A model generated the notes under the pieces. It was not told the origin of the DNA and searched no databases. It saw nothing but the letters and a program-made list of their open reading frames with translations. 64,000 nt of DNA. Origin: Candidatus Lustribacter sp. (GTDB lineage Bacteria > Vulcanimicrobiota > Vulcanimicrobiia > Vulcanimicrobiales > Vulcanimicrobiaceae). Below are positions 56,298 to 64,000 of this stretch, piece after piece (position 1 is the stretch's first letter; each line of letters begins with the position of its first letter). The DNA lies in assembly GCA_965277805.1 (NCBI GenBank), contig OZ255842.1, positions 2,720,001-2,784,000 on the forward strand, given 5' to 3'. A program made the translations under genes and the position numbers.

Positions 56298-57032
56298 ATG
56301 AAGCATCGCATCCTCGCAACGCTTGCTGCGTTCGCGATCGCCGCCGGTAGCAGCGCGGCAGCGAACGCGCAAACGTCCGGCCGCCGTCTCACCCCCACGC
56401 TAACCGTGACGGGCGAGGCGTCCGTCACCCGCGCACCGGATCGCGCAACGGTGACGTTCCGCATCGAGACGACGAACGATGTCGCGGCTGCCGCGACGTC
56501 GGCCAACTCGGCCATCGCCAACGCGCTGACGGCCAAGCTCGCGCCGCTCGGCATTCCGGCCAGCGCGATCTCCACCACCGGCTACGGATTGAGCTATAAC
56601 CCGCACCCGGTCAAGCCCGATCCGGCCTCCACGCAGCGTTACGGCTATACGGTCGAGCGCACGATCGACGTGATCGCGAATTCGGTCGACGGCGCGGGCG
56701 CGGTGGTCGACGCCGGCGTTGCAGCCGGGGTCACCGGGGTGAACGGGGTCGCCTTCACGCTACGCGACGGACACGCGGCCATGCGCAGTGCGCAGGCCGC
56801 AGCGGTCGCCGATGCCGCCGCGCAAGCCCGCGGCCTGGCCGCCGCCGCCAAGATGCGCCTGGTACGCATCCTTGCGATCTCGCCCTCGGGCGAAGCGGTT
56901 CCGCAGCCATTGTTCAAACGCGCCGGCCCCGTCATGATGTCGGCCGCCGTCCCGACCACGATCGACCCCGGGAACCTGACCGTCCAAGCTAACGTCACCG
57001 TGCAATACGAGATCGCGCCGGAGCACGGATAG
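56298..57032 (+). CDS. SIMPL/DUF541 (BP26/YggE-like) periplasmic protein
   Basis: Signal peptide; TLTVTGEASV..APDRA, AVADAAAQARGLA, PGNLTVQANVTVQY. Confidence 0.9.
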   Translation: MKHRILATLAAFAIAAGSSAAANAQTSGRRLTPTLTVTGEASVTRAPDRATVTFRIETTNDVAAAATSANSAIANALTAKLAPLGIPASAISTTGYGLSYNPHPVKPDPASTQRYGYTVERTIDVIANSVDGAGAVVDAGVAAGVTGVNGVAFTLRDGHAAMRSAQAAAVADAAAQARGLAAAAKMRLVRILAISPSGEAVPQPLFKRAGPVMMSAAVPTTIDPGNLTVQANVTVQYEIAPEHG

Positions 57033-57086
57033 CGGCGAAACTGTGCCCGAACCGGGCAAGTACCTCACGATGATGGAACACTCCCG

Positions 57087-59069
57087 ATGATGGAAGCTCA
57101 GGCCGAGTGCGAGATCTGCCGCCTGCGACCAGCCAGCACGCAAGATTACGCGCTGCACGGCGGACGCTGGGTTGCGGCCGCGGTATGCGATGAATGCGCG
57201 CGTACGCGCCGGCGCGCGATCTTGCCCTACGTCGGCGCGGTAACGGCCGCGGCCGCGCTCTTCGCCGGTGCCGCATTTGCGATCGATTCGATCTCGCGGC
57301 GTAATCCGCCGCCGGGCGCTGAACCGCATCCCGACAACCAGAACCGGCCCAATCCGCTCACCGATCTCGGGCGCGCGCTGCGCGGCGGAACGCCGACCCT
57401 CGGCGCCTTCTCGCGCGATCTCACCGCGATGGCCCGCGCCGACAAACTCGATCCGGTCGTCGGACGCGACGACGAGATCGAACGCGTGATCTCGATTCTC
57501 GCGCGCCGCAGCAAGAACAATCCGGTGCTCGTCGGCGAGCCGGGCGTGGGCAAAACGGCGATCGTGGAAGGGCTCGCGCAGCGCATCGTGCGCGGCGACG
57601 TCCCGGCTGCGCTGCGCGACAAGAAAGTTCTGGCGCTCAACCTCGGACCGCTCGTTGCCGGCACGAAATACCGCGGCGAATTCGAGGGCCGCGTCAAGCG
57701 CATCCTCGATGAGGTGAAGCGCGCCGCGCGCGACGTGATCCTGTTCATCGACGAATTGCACACGCTGGTCGGCGCCGGCGCGGCCGAAGGATCGCTCGAC
57801 CTCTCTTCGATGATCAAGCCCGAACTCGCGCGCGGCGAACTGCAGTGCGTCGGCGCAACGACGTACGACGAGTACCGCAAATACATCGAGTCCGACGCGG
57901 CGCTCGAGCGCCGCTTCCAGCCGGTGACGGTGGAAGAGCCGACGATCGATCAGACCATCGCGATCTTGCGCGGCCTGCGGCCGAAGTACAGCGCGCACCA
58001 CCACGTGACCATCGACGACACCGCGCTCGAAGCCGCGGCAACGCTAGCCGCGCGTTTCATCGCCGACCGTTTTCTGCCCGACAAAGCGATCGACGTGGTC
58101 GACGAAGCGGCGGCAACCGCCGCGATGTCGGGCACGCCCAACGTCGATGTGGACCGCGTCGCGGCCGTCGTATCGCGCTGGACCGGCATTCCGCAAGGCA
58201 CGATCACCGACGCGCAGCGCGCCGGGCTGCTCGCGCTCGAAGAACAACTCGAAGCGCGTGTCATCGGCCAGAGCGATGCGGTGAAGCGCGTCTCCGAAGC
58301 CGTGCGCCGCGCACGCGCGGGGCTGAAAGATCCGCGCAAGCCGGTCGGCGGATTTCTCTTCATCGGCCCGAGCGGCGTCGGCAAAACCGAACTCGCGCGC
58401 GCCCTCGCGCATGCGCTGTTCGGCACCGACGACGCGCTGATCCGGCTCGATCTCTCCGAGTTCACCGAAGCGCATACGATCTCGCGGCTGCTCGGCGCAC
58501 CGCCCGGCTACGCCGGCCACGACGAACCGGGCCAGTTGACCGAACCGATCCGGCGCCGCCCCTATTCCGTCGTGCTGTTCGACGAGATCGAAAAAGCGCA
58601 CCCCGACGTCGCGGCAATCCTGTTGCAGATCCTCGACGACGGTCGCGTGACCGACGCCAAGGGCCGGGCAATCGACTTCCGCCATGCCATCATCGTCTTG
58701 ACCAGCAACCTCGACCGCGAGGACCTCGTCGGCGCGCTGCGCAGCGAGCTCTTGGACCGCATCGACGAAGTGATCGTCTTCGACGAGCTCGGCCTGCCGG
58801 AGATCGAGCAGATCGTCGCGCTCCAGATCGCGCTGCTGGCCGACCGCATGGGCGCACACGCGATGCAGCTCGAGCTGACCGAGCGCGCGCGGGTGTTCCT
58901 CGCCACCGAGAGCATCGCGGCCGGGGACGGCGCCCGCAACGTCGCCCGCTCGATCTCGCGCCACGTCGCCACGCCCCTCTCGGGCGCGATTCTGAGGGGA
59001 GAAATTCGTACCGGCCAGACCGCTAAGGTCGCGTTTGATGGGAAAGAGATCACCGTCAACGCTGCTTGA
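57087..59069 (+). CDS. Clp/Hsp100 double-AAA+ ATPase with N-terminal CxxC..CxxC and hydrophobic helix
   Basis: [72 protein letters not shown]. Confidence 0.92.
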   Translation: MMEAQAECEICRLRPASTQDYALHGGRWVAAAVCDECARTRRRAILPYVGAVTAAAALFAGAAFAIDSISRRNPPPGAEPHPDNQNRPNPLTDLGRALRGGTPTLGAFSRDLTAMARADKLDPVVGRDDEIERVISILARRSKNNPVLVGEPGVGKTAIVEGLAQRIVRGDVPAALRDKKVLALNLGPLVAGTKYRGEFEGRVKRILDEVKRAARDVILFIDELHTLVGAGAAEGSLDLSSMIKPELARGELQCVGATTYDEYRKYIESDAALERRFQPVTVEEPTIDQTIAILRGLRPKYSAHHHVTIDDTALEAAATLAARFIADRFLPDKAIDVVDEAAATAAMSGTPNVDVDRVAAVVSRWTGIPQGTITDAQRAGLLALEEQLEARVIGQSDAVKRVSEAVRRARAGLKDPRKPVGGFLFIGPSGVGKTELARALAHALFGTDDALIRLDLSEFTEAHTISRLLGAPPGYAGHDEPGQLTEPIRRRPYSVVLFDEIEKAHPDVAAILLQILDDGRVTDAKGRAIDFRHAIIVLTSNLDREDLVGALRSELLDRIDEVIVFDELGLPEIEQIVALQIALLADRMGAHAMQLELTERARVFLATESIAAGDGARNVARSISRHVATPLSGAILRGEIRTGQTAKVAFDGKEITVNAA

Positions 59070-59080
59070 GAGGTTCTCGA

Positions 59081-59818
59081 ATGAAGCTCGTCCCTGCGGC
59101 GGCCGCCGTCTTGGCTGCCGCAATTACCCTAGTGAACGTCGCCGGCGCCCAAACGCTGCCCACCCCGCCGCCGCCCGGCCGCCCGACCTCGACCACGATC
59201 TTCGATGCGATGCTTGCGGTCGCGCGCGCGGCCAGCAGCAACCCCGGCGCGGCCCAGAACGCGGCCCTCTCATATCAAGCCGCGGTCCAGCAGTACAACG
59301 CGGGCGATTATGACCGGGCGCGCATGAGCGCGATCGCCGCGATGGGAGAGGCCATGCCTGTGCCGCCGCTCCCGGCGCCCTCGATCGCGCCGCCGTCGAT
59401 CCCGCAGCCGGTGTACTACCAGATGCCGCTGCTCGTCGGGGCCGATCAAGCCGACGCGGAAGGCTACCTGGCGCTGGCGCGACGCTCGATGCTGGTCTGC
59501 GGCGTTGCCGGATCCAACCCGCCCCAGGTGCAGCAGCAGTATGCGGCCGCAGCCGCCGCGCTCGACGCGAAGGACTACCGCACGTCCGAGATCGCCTCGA
59601 AAGTCGTCGTCGACTATTGCGCGGCCGCAAATCAGGCACTGGCCGCCCAAGCCGCTGCCGCGCCGCAAGCCCCGTCGACGCCGATCCCGATGACGAGTTA
59701 TAAGCCGATCCCGCTCGCGACGCTGGGACCCGATCCCGCGCTCGCGCAAACGCCCACCCCGGAAATGATGCCGCCGCTGGCGACGGCCGCTCCGGCCCGG
59801 CGCGGTTTCCGGCTCTAG
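59081..59818 (+). CDS. Secreted Pro/Ala-rich helical hypothetical protein
   Basis: Signal ending AGA-Q; two short YxAAxxxY/L helical repeats; two Cys. Confidence 0.65.
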   Translation: MKLVPAAAAVLAAAITLVNVAGAQTLPTPPPPGRPTSTTIFDAMLAVARAASSNPGAAQNAALSYQAAVQQYNAGDYDRARMSAIAAMGEAMPVPPLPAPSIAPPSIPQPVYYQMPLLVGADQADAEGYLALARRSMLVCGVAGSNPPQVQQQYAAAAAALDAKDYRTSEIASKVVVDYCAAANQALAAQAAAAPQAPSTPIPMTSYKPIPLATLGPDPALAQTPTPEMMPPLATAAPARRGFRL

Positions 59819-59826
59819 ATCACAGC

Positions 59827-59854
59827 CCCCGTCCGCGGCAAGCCCCGGACGGGG
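59827..59854. other. GC-rich intergenic hairpin
   Basis: CCCCGTCCG-N10-CGGACGGGG, no U tract. Confidence 0.5.
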
Positions 59855-59873
59855 ACGGCGCGAAGGGCCGGGC

Positions 59874-60413
59874 ATGAAACGCTTTTTATGTGCTCTGGCC
59901 CTGTTCGCTTTTGCCGCCGCGCCGGCACTCGCCGACCCCAAGTCCGACTTGATGGCGGGCTGGATTCAGCTGCAGAAAGCGGGCACATACCATATGAGCT
60001 TTAACGGCAAAGCCCAAAAGATGGAAGCCGACATGGCGTTGCCGGCAAAGATGCACATGTACTCGCCGCAAATGGAAATGATCAAGATCGACCAGACGAT
60101 GTGGGTCAAGGTCGGCGGTCAATGGCGCCAGATGAACTTTCCGGGCGTGGAACAAATGACGGCGAGCATCACCGGGGCGATGGAGATGGCGAAGAGCCAA
60201 GCCGACGATTTGGTCGTAACCGACCTCGGTATGAAAACCCCGTTGAGCGGCGCGGCACCCATGCACGCCTACATGATGACCAATAAAGCCGGTAAGAGCC
60301 CATCAACGGTGTTCCTCGACCGCGGGCTCGTGAAAGAAATCGACAACGCCGACGGCACCACCGTCGTCATTACCAAAATCGGCGTCCCGGTCGACATCTC
60401 GCCGCCGATGTAG
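59874..60413 (+). CDS. Secreted Met-rich protein, possibly LolA/LppX-like fold
   Basis: Signal ending ALA; beta pattern MEMIKIDQTMWVKVGGQW, C-terminal VPVDISPP. Confidence 0.6.
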   Translation: MKRFLCALALFAFAAAPALADPKSDLMAGWIQLQKAGTYHMSFNGKAQKMEADMALPAKMHMYSPQMEMIKIDQTMWVKVGGQWRQMNFPGVEQMTASITGAMEMAKSQADDLVVTDLGMKTPLSGAAPMHAYMMTNKAGKSPSTVFLDRGLVKEIDNADGTTVVITKIGVPVDISPPM

Positions 60414-60423
60414 CTTATTCCAG

Positions 60424-60942
60424 TTACTTTAGAATGTGCGCGATCGCCGATTCGATCTCGCTCGCGCTCATCTCGCCGGGATGATACATCCGCACGATGC
60501 CCTTGGCGTCGATGAACACGTGCAGCGGAAAGTATAAACCACCGCCGTAGCTCGACCGCGTCGAATTGTCGGGATCGACCGCCAACGGGTACGGCACGCT
60601 GAAGTCGTGCGCGAAACCCTGCGCTTTGCCCATGCTCTCGCCGACGTCGATGCCGATCACGCGCAGCCCGCGCGGCGCATATTTCTTGCTGAGCGCAACG
60701 ATGCTCGGCGTCTCGAGCCGGCACGGCCCGCACCACGTCGCGAAAAAGTTCAGGTAGACGGGCCGGTTGTGCATCGTGACGTTGCTGATCGTCTTCCCGT
60801 CGGATGACGTGAGGCTGAACGGCGGCGCGGCGTCGCCCGGCCGCGGAATCGCCCAGGCCGGCGCACCGAGTGCCAGCACCGCGGCTGCGAGCAGGGGAAG
60901 GACGCGAGCGAGCATCATCGGGCGAATCTCCGAGCGAGTCAA
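60424..60942 (-). CDS. TlpA/ResA-like thiol-disulfide oxidoreductase
   Basis: Signal; LNFFATWCGPCRLETP; FIDAKGIVR; start 60942 or 60918. Confidence 0.92.
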   Translation of the reverse strand: MTRSEIRPMMLARVLPLLAAAVLALGAPAWAIPRPGDAAPPFSLTSSDGKTISNVTMHNRPVYLNFFATWCGPCRLETPSIVALSKKYAPRGLRVIGIDVGESMGKAQGFAHDFSVPYPLAVDPDNSTRSSYGGGLYFPLHVFIDAKGIVRMYHPGEMSASEIESAIAHILK

Positions 60943-61877
60943 CTGAACGAGGGAAACGTTACGGCCTTTGCGTCGAGTTCCATCTGCGCCAGCAGCGCCT
61001 CGACCGAATCGAACCGCATCTGCTCGCGCACGAAGCGAAAATCGCGCAACGCCAGCTCCTCACCGTAAAGCGAGCCGTTGAAATCGAGCAGCCACGCTTC
61101 CACCGTGCGCGCCGTCCCGTTGAACGTGGGATTCGTTCCGATCGACACGAGCCCGGGATAATCGCGCCCTTCGTGCCGCCCGGTGATCGCATACACGCCG
61201 TCGGGCGGCAGCATCTTCTCCGCCGGCACGACGACGTTGGCGGTCGGAAAACCCAAATCGTGTCCGCGCCCGGCCCCAAAGCCGACGACGCCGCGCACCG
61301 TATACGGAGATCCCAGCAGCCGGTCGGCCAGCGCGAGATCGCCGGCAGCCACCGCCGCGCGCACGCGCGTACTCGAAACGCGCTGACCGTCGACCAGCGC
61401 ATTCGGAACGCCGATCGCTTCACGCCCGAGCGCCGCCAGATGCGCTTGGGCGAACGCCACGTCGCCCACGCGCTTCGAGCCGAAGCGAAAATTCACCCCG
61501 ACAACCATCGCGCGGGCACCGAGCGCCCCGATCAGCACGTCATCGAGAAACGCCTGCGGTGAGAGCGAAGCAAACTGCTCGTCAAACGTCAGCACGAACA
61601 TCTCATCGACGCCCGCGCGCGCAAATGCATTGACCCGCTCCGCCATCGTCGCAATCTGCGGCGGCACCTCAGCCGGCCGCAAAAACGTCATCGGATGCGC
61701 CGCAAACGTCAACACCGCGGTCCGTTCCCCCGCGCGCCGCGCCGCGAGCAGCGCTCGCACGATCGCCTGATGCCCGACGTGAAACCCGTCGAACACGCCG
61801 ACCGCGACGCACAACGGATGCCGCGCCCGCTCCGCCCGATACGCATCATCCGCCGGCAACGCATAGTGCAGCTTCAC
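60939..61877 (-). CDS. ribF: Bifunctional riboflavin kinase/FAD synthetase
   Basis: GVFDGFHVGHQ, NFRFG, VSSTRVR, LGFPTAN, GTNPTF, EAWLLDF. Confidence 0.96.
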   Translation of the reverse strand: MKLHYALPADDAYRAERARHPLCVAVGVFDGFHVGHQAIVRALLAARRAGERTAVLTFAAHPMTFLRPAEVPPQIATMAERVNAFARAGVDEMFVLTFDEQFASLSPQAFLDDVLIGALGARAMVVGVNFRFGSKRVGDVAFAQAHLAALGREAIGVPNALVDGQRVSSTRVRAAVAAGDLALADRLLGSPYTVRGVVGFGAGRGHDLGFPTANVVVPAEKMLPPDGVYAITGRHEGRDYPGLVSIGTNPTFNGTARTVEAWLLDFNGSLYGEELALRDFRFVREQMRFDSVEALLAQMELDAKAVTFPSFS

Positions 61878-62743
61878 AAGAATACCTTACGCGGCGCCAG
61901 CAACGCCCCCACCGTTTCCCCAACGCCGACCAGCACCCGCGCCGAGTCGCGCACGAACACGTGCTTATCCGCCGACGGCTCATCCAACGGCACCACGCGC
62001 CCGGCCCGAAAATCCGTCGCCCGCCGCCCATCCAAAACGACGGTGGGAATCGGAATAACCCGCTCCGGCGGCACCAGCGACCCCAACGGATTCGCCGCGA
62101 CTTCATCGAGCGTCAAACTCTCATAGAGCACAAACGGCCCCGAAGCCTCACGCAACAACGCCCCCATATGCCCCACGGTCCCGCAAGCCGCAGCAAGATC
62201 CTCGCAGAACGTACGAACGTACGTCCCCTCACTGCAAGCCACGCGCATCCGAACGGTATCGCCCTCGCGCCCGAGCACGCTCAACGCATAGATCGTTACC
62301 GCCCGCTTCGCCCGTTCAACAGAAATCCCACGCCGCGCAAGCTCATGCAGCCGCTGCCCCTCATGATGCACCGCACTAAACATCGGCGGCGTCTGTTCGA
62401 TGGCGCCGACAAACGAACGCACCGCAACATCCAGCCGCGCATCTACATCATCCGCAACGGGAGACGTAGCAATAACTGCCCCAACCCCATCGGCCGTATC
62501 CGTAGCCCGCCCAAGCACCAGCGTGAACGCATACGCCTTACGCCGATCCTCAATCAACGGCAAAAGGCGCGTAGCGCGCCCCAGCGCAACCGGCAACACA
62601 CCCGCAGCCTGAGGATCCAACGTCCCCAAATGCCCGACCGCTAACTTGGACCCATCCTCGGTCGCGTACATCTTCCGCAACCGCGCACCAAATTGCGTCG
62701 ACGTCGGCCCCGCCGGCTTAAAAAGATTGAGAAATCCGAGCAT
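61874..62743 (-). CDS. truB: tRNA pseudouridine(55) synthase
   Basis: VGHLGTLDP..GVL, TDTAD, QTPPMFSA, CSEGTYVR. Confidence 0.96.
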   Translation of the reverse strand: MLGFLNLFKPAGPTSTQFGARLRKMYATEDGSKLAVGHLGTLDPQAAGVLPVALGRATRLLPLIEDRRKAYAFTLVLGRATDTADGVGAVIATSPVADDVDARLDVAVRSFVGAIEQTPPMFSAVHHEGQRLHELARRGISVERAKRAVTIYALSVLGREGDTVRMRVACSEGTYVRTFCEDLAAACGTVGHMGALLREASGPFVLYESLTLDEVAANPLGSLVPPERVIPIPTVVLDGRRATDFRAGRVVPLDEPSADKHVFVRDSARVLVGVGETVGALLAPRKVFL

Positions 62744-62765
62744 AAGGCTCCGCTAAACGAAGCGC

Positions 62766-63749
62766 CTACAATCCCTCAGCCTTGAGCGCAGCACGAACCC
62801 CAACGATCGCCGCGTCCAAATCGCCGGGATACGTCAACCCAGAAGCCATAAAATGCCCGCCGCCACCCAAAGTAGCAGCCGCAGCCTGAACATTCACCTT
62901 ACCGCTAGACCGCAAACTAACACGAACGGCGCCATCAAAATCTTTGAACAAAGCCGCAGCCTCCACGCCCTCAACCGCACGAAGATGCTGAATGATTTCT
63001 TCAGTATCTTCCCCATCAGCATCAAACGCCTTGAGCATCGCCTCATCAACGACGGTCCAGCAATAACGCCCATCTTCTTCGAGCCGAGCTGCAGCCACCG
63101 CATGCGCGACAAGCTTCGTCGCCGCAAACCGCTTGTTAGCAAAAATCCACTCAGTAATGAGCGGCTTATCTGCCCCACACTCCATCATCTCAGCCGACAT
63201 GCGCAACACATCCGCCGTCGTATTCGTGTGCATAAACGCACCCGTATCGGTCATGATGGTCGTAAGAATACAAGTCGCGATATCCGGCGTAACCGGAATC
63301 TTCATCGCCTTGAGAATGCGCAGCACGCACGTCCCGGTCGAAGCCTCAGTCTCAAGAATATAATTCAGAAACCCAAACTTCGAATTGCCGAGATGATGAT
63401 CGATATTGAGCATGTTCGCGCGATCGATCTGAGGCAAATACTCCCCAGCCCGCGAGAAATCACTCATATCCCCAAACACCCAAAGCGTATCTTTGGGAAG
63501 ATCAGCCGGCACCGCGCGCGACACAAATTCCGTATCCGGCAAAAACCGCAAATTCCGCGGCACCGCATCCTGCTGAAAATACCCAACGCGCTTACCCAGC
63601 GATTTGAGCGCCAATCCCAGCGCCAAGCCGGCTCCGAGCGTGTCCCCATCAGGCTTCACATGCGAAACGAACATAAACGACGAGCGCCGATTTAGCTCCG
63701 CAACGACTTCTTCGGTGGTAGCCGAAGCCGACTCAACAACACTACTCAT
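62766..63749 (-). CDS. nrnA: DHH/DHHA1 family oligoribonuclease/pAp phosphatase
   Basis: SHVKPDGD, IDHH, TDTG, VSLRS, GGGGHFMASG; rbfA-truB context. Confidence 0.9.
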   Translation of the reverse strand: MSSVVESASATTEEVVAELNRRSSFMFVSHVKPDGDTLGAGLALGLALKSLGKRVGYFQQDAVPRNLRFLPDTEFVSRAVPADLPKDTLWVFGDMSDFSRAGEYLPQIDRANMLNIDHHLGNSKFGFLNYILETEASTGTCVLRILKAMKIPVTPDIATCILTTIMTDTGAFMHTNTTADVLRMSAEMMECGADKPLITEWIFANKRFAATKLVAHAVAAARLEEDGRYCWTVVDEAMLKAFDADGEDTEEIIQHLRAVEGVEAAALFKDFDGAVRVSLRSSGKVNVQAAAATLGGGGHFMASGLTYPGDLDAAIVGVRAALKAEGL

Positions 63750-64000
63750 CAATCACCTTCGCACGCTCGAGCGTCTTAGACATCGCGATCGCCTGTTCGG
63801 TAGACCGATCCTCGACAAACACCAACTCCGGAGTATGCCGAAGCTTCACCAGAGCTCCAACCTCACCCCGAATAAATTTCGAAGCGCTCTTCAGCGCATC
63901 CATAGACTGTCGCGCCACATGCCGATCCCCAATGATGGAAACGAACACCTTACAGTTCATCATATCACTGGTGATTTCAGTCCGCGTGACCGTAACAAAC
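63742..64000 (-). CDS. rbfA: Ribosome-binding factor A, 5' end outside the window
   Basis: FVTVTRTEITSD..CKVFVS, IRGEVG..LRHTPELVFVED.S. Confidence 0.93.
   Translation of the reverse strand, partial: FVTVTRTEITSDMMNCKVFVSIIGDRHVARQSMDALKSASKFIRGEVGALVKLRHTPELVFVEDRSTEQAIAMSKTLERAKVIDE

Noticed and set aside
1-64000. tRNA, rRNA, CRISPR array, IS/transposase, integrase, prophage or defence genes
   Set aside because: No such motifs or regularly spaced repeats were recognised, and most intergenic gaps are very short. Small ncRNAs cannot be excluded without a covariance-model search.

Overview
GC-rich bacterial chromosomal segment with about 68 protein-coding genes. I found no rRNA, tRNA, CRISPR array, integrase or transposase. 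The style (many orphan SsuA/NMT1-type binding proteins, Gly-rich lipoproteins) suggests a Vulcanimicrobiota/Eremiobacterota-like organism; this is inference only. The first 40 kb is an accessory catabolic/scavenging region. It holds a Co-type nitrile hydratase operon, TauD dioxygenase, luciferase-like monooxygenase with AraC, dienelactone hydrolase, a divergent LeuCD-like hydro-lyase with TctCAB, a Rieske oxygenase, a MocR/APC/MOSC module, an S8 protease, an amidohydrolase, and about nine binding proteins without permeases. 40.6-47.6 kb is ppx-phoB-phoR-pstSCAB with a Pho-box-like array. The rest holds nfu/HAD/phospholipase C, a HemS-like gene with a DtxR-like box, a ferredoxin-AttEFGH-like ABC/lipocalin operon, an unusual Clp ATPase cluster, and the housekeeping rbfA-nrnA-truB-ribF run. 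Main oddities: (1) a perfect 34-bp inverted repeat brackets the signal-peptide core of the AttH-like gene, and the 84-bp interior is open in both orientations (candidate localisation-switching intragenic inverton); (2) a Clp ATPase with a Zn-finger plus hydrophobic helix and no ClpP loop or M-domain; (3) several enzyme folds with substituted catalytic residues; (4) strand-specific G/T-rich patches centred on palindromes; (5) recurrent single-arginine Tat-like signals. All assignments come from motif recognition by eye; no searches were run.
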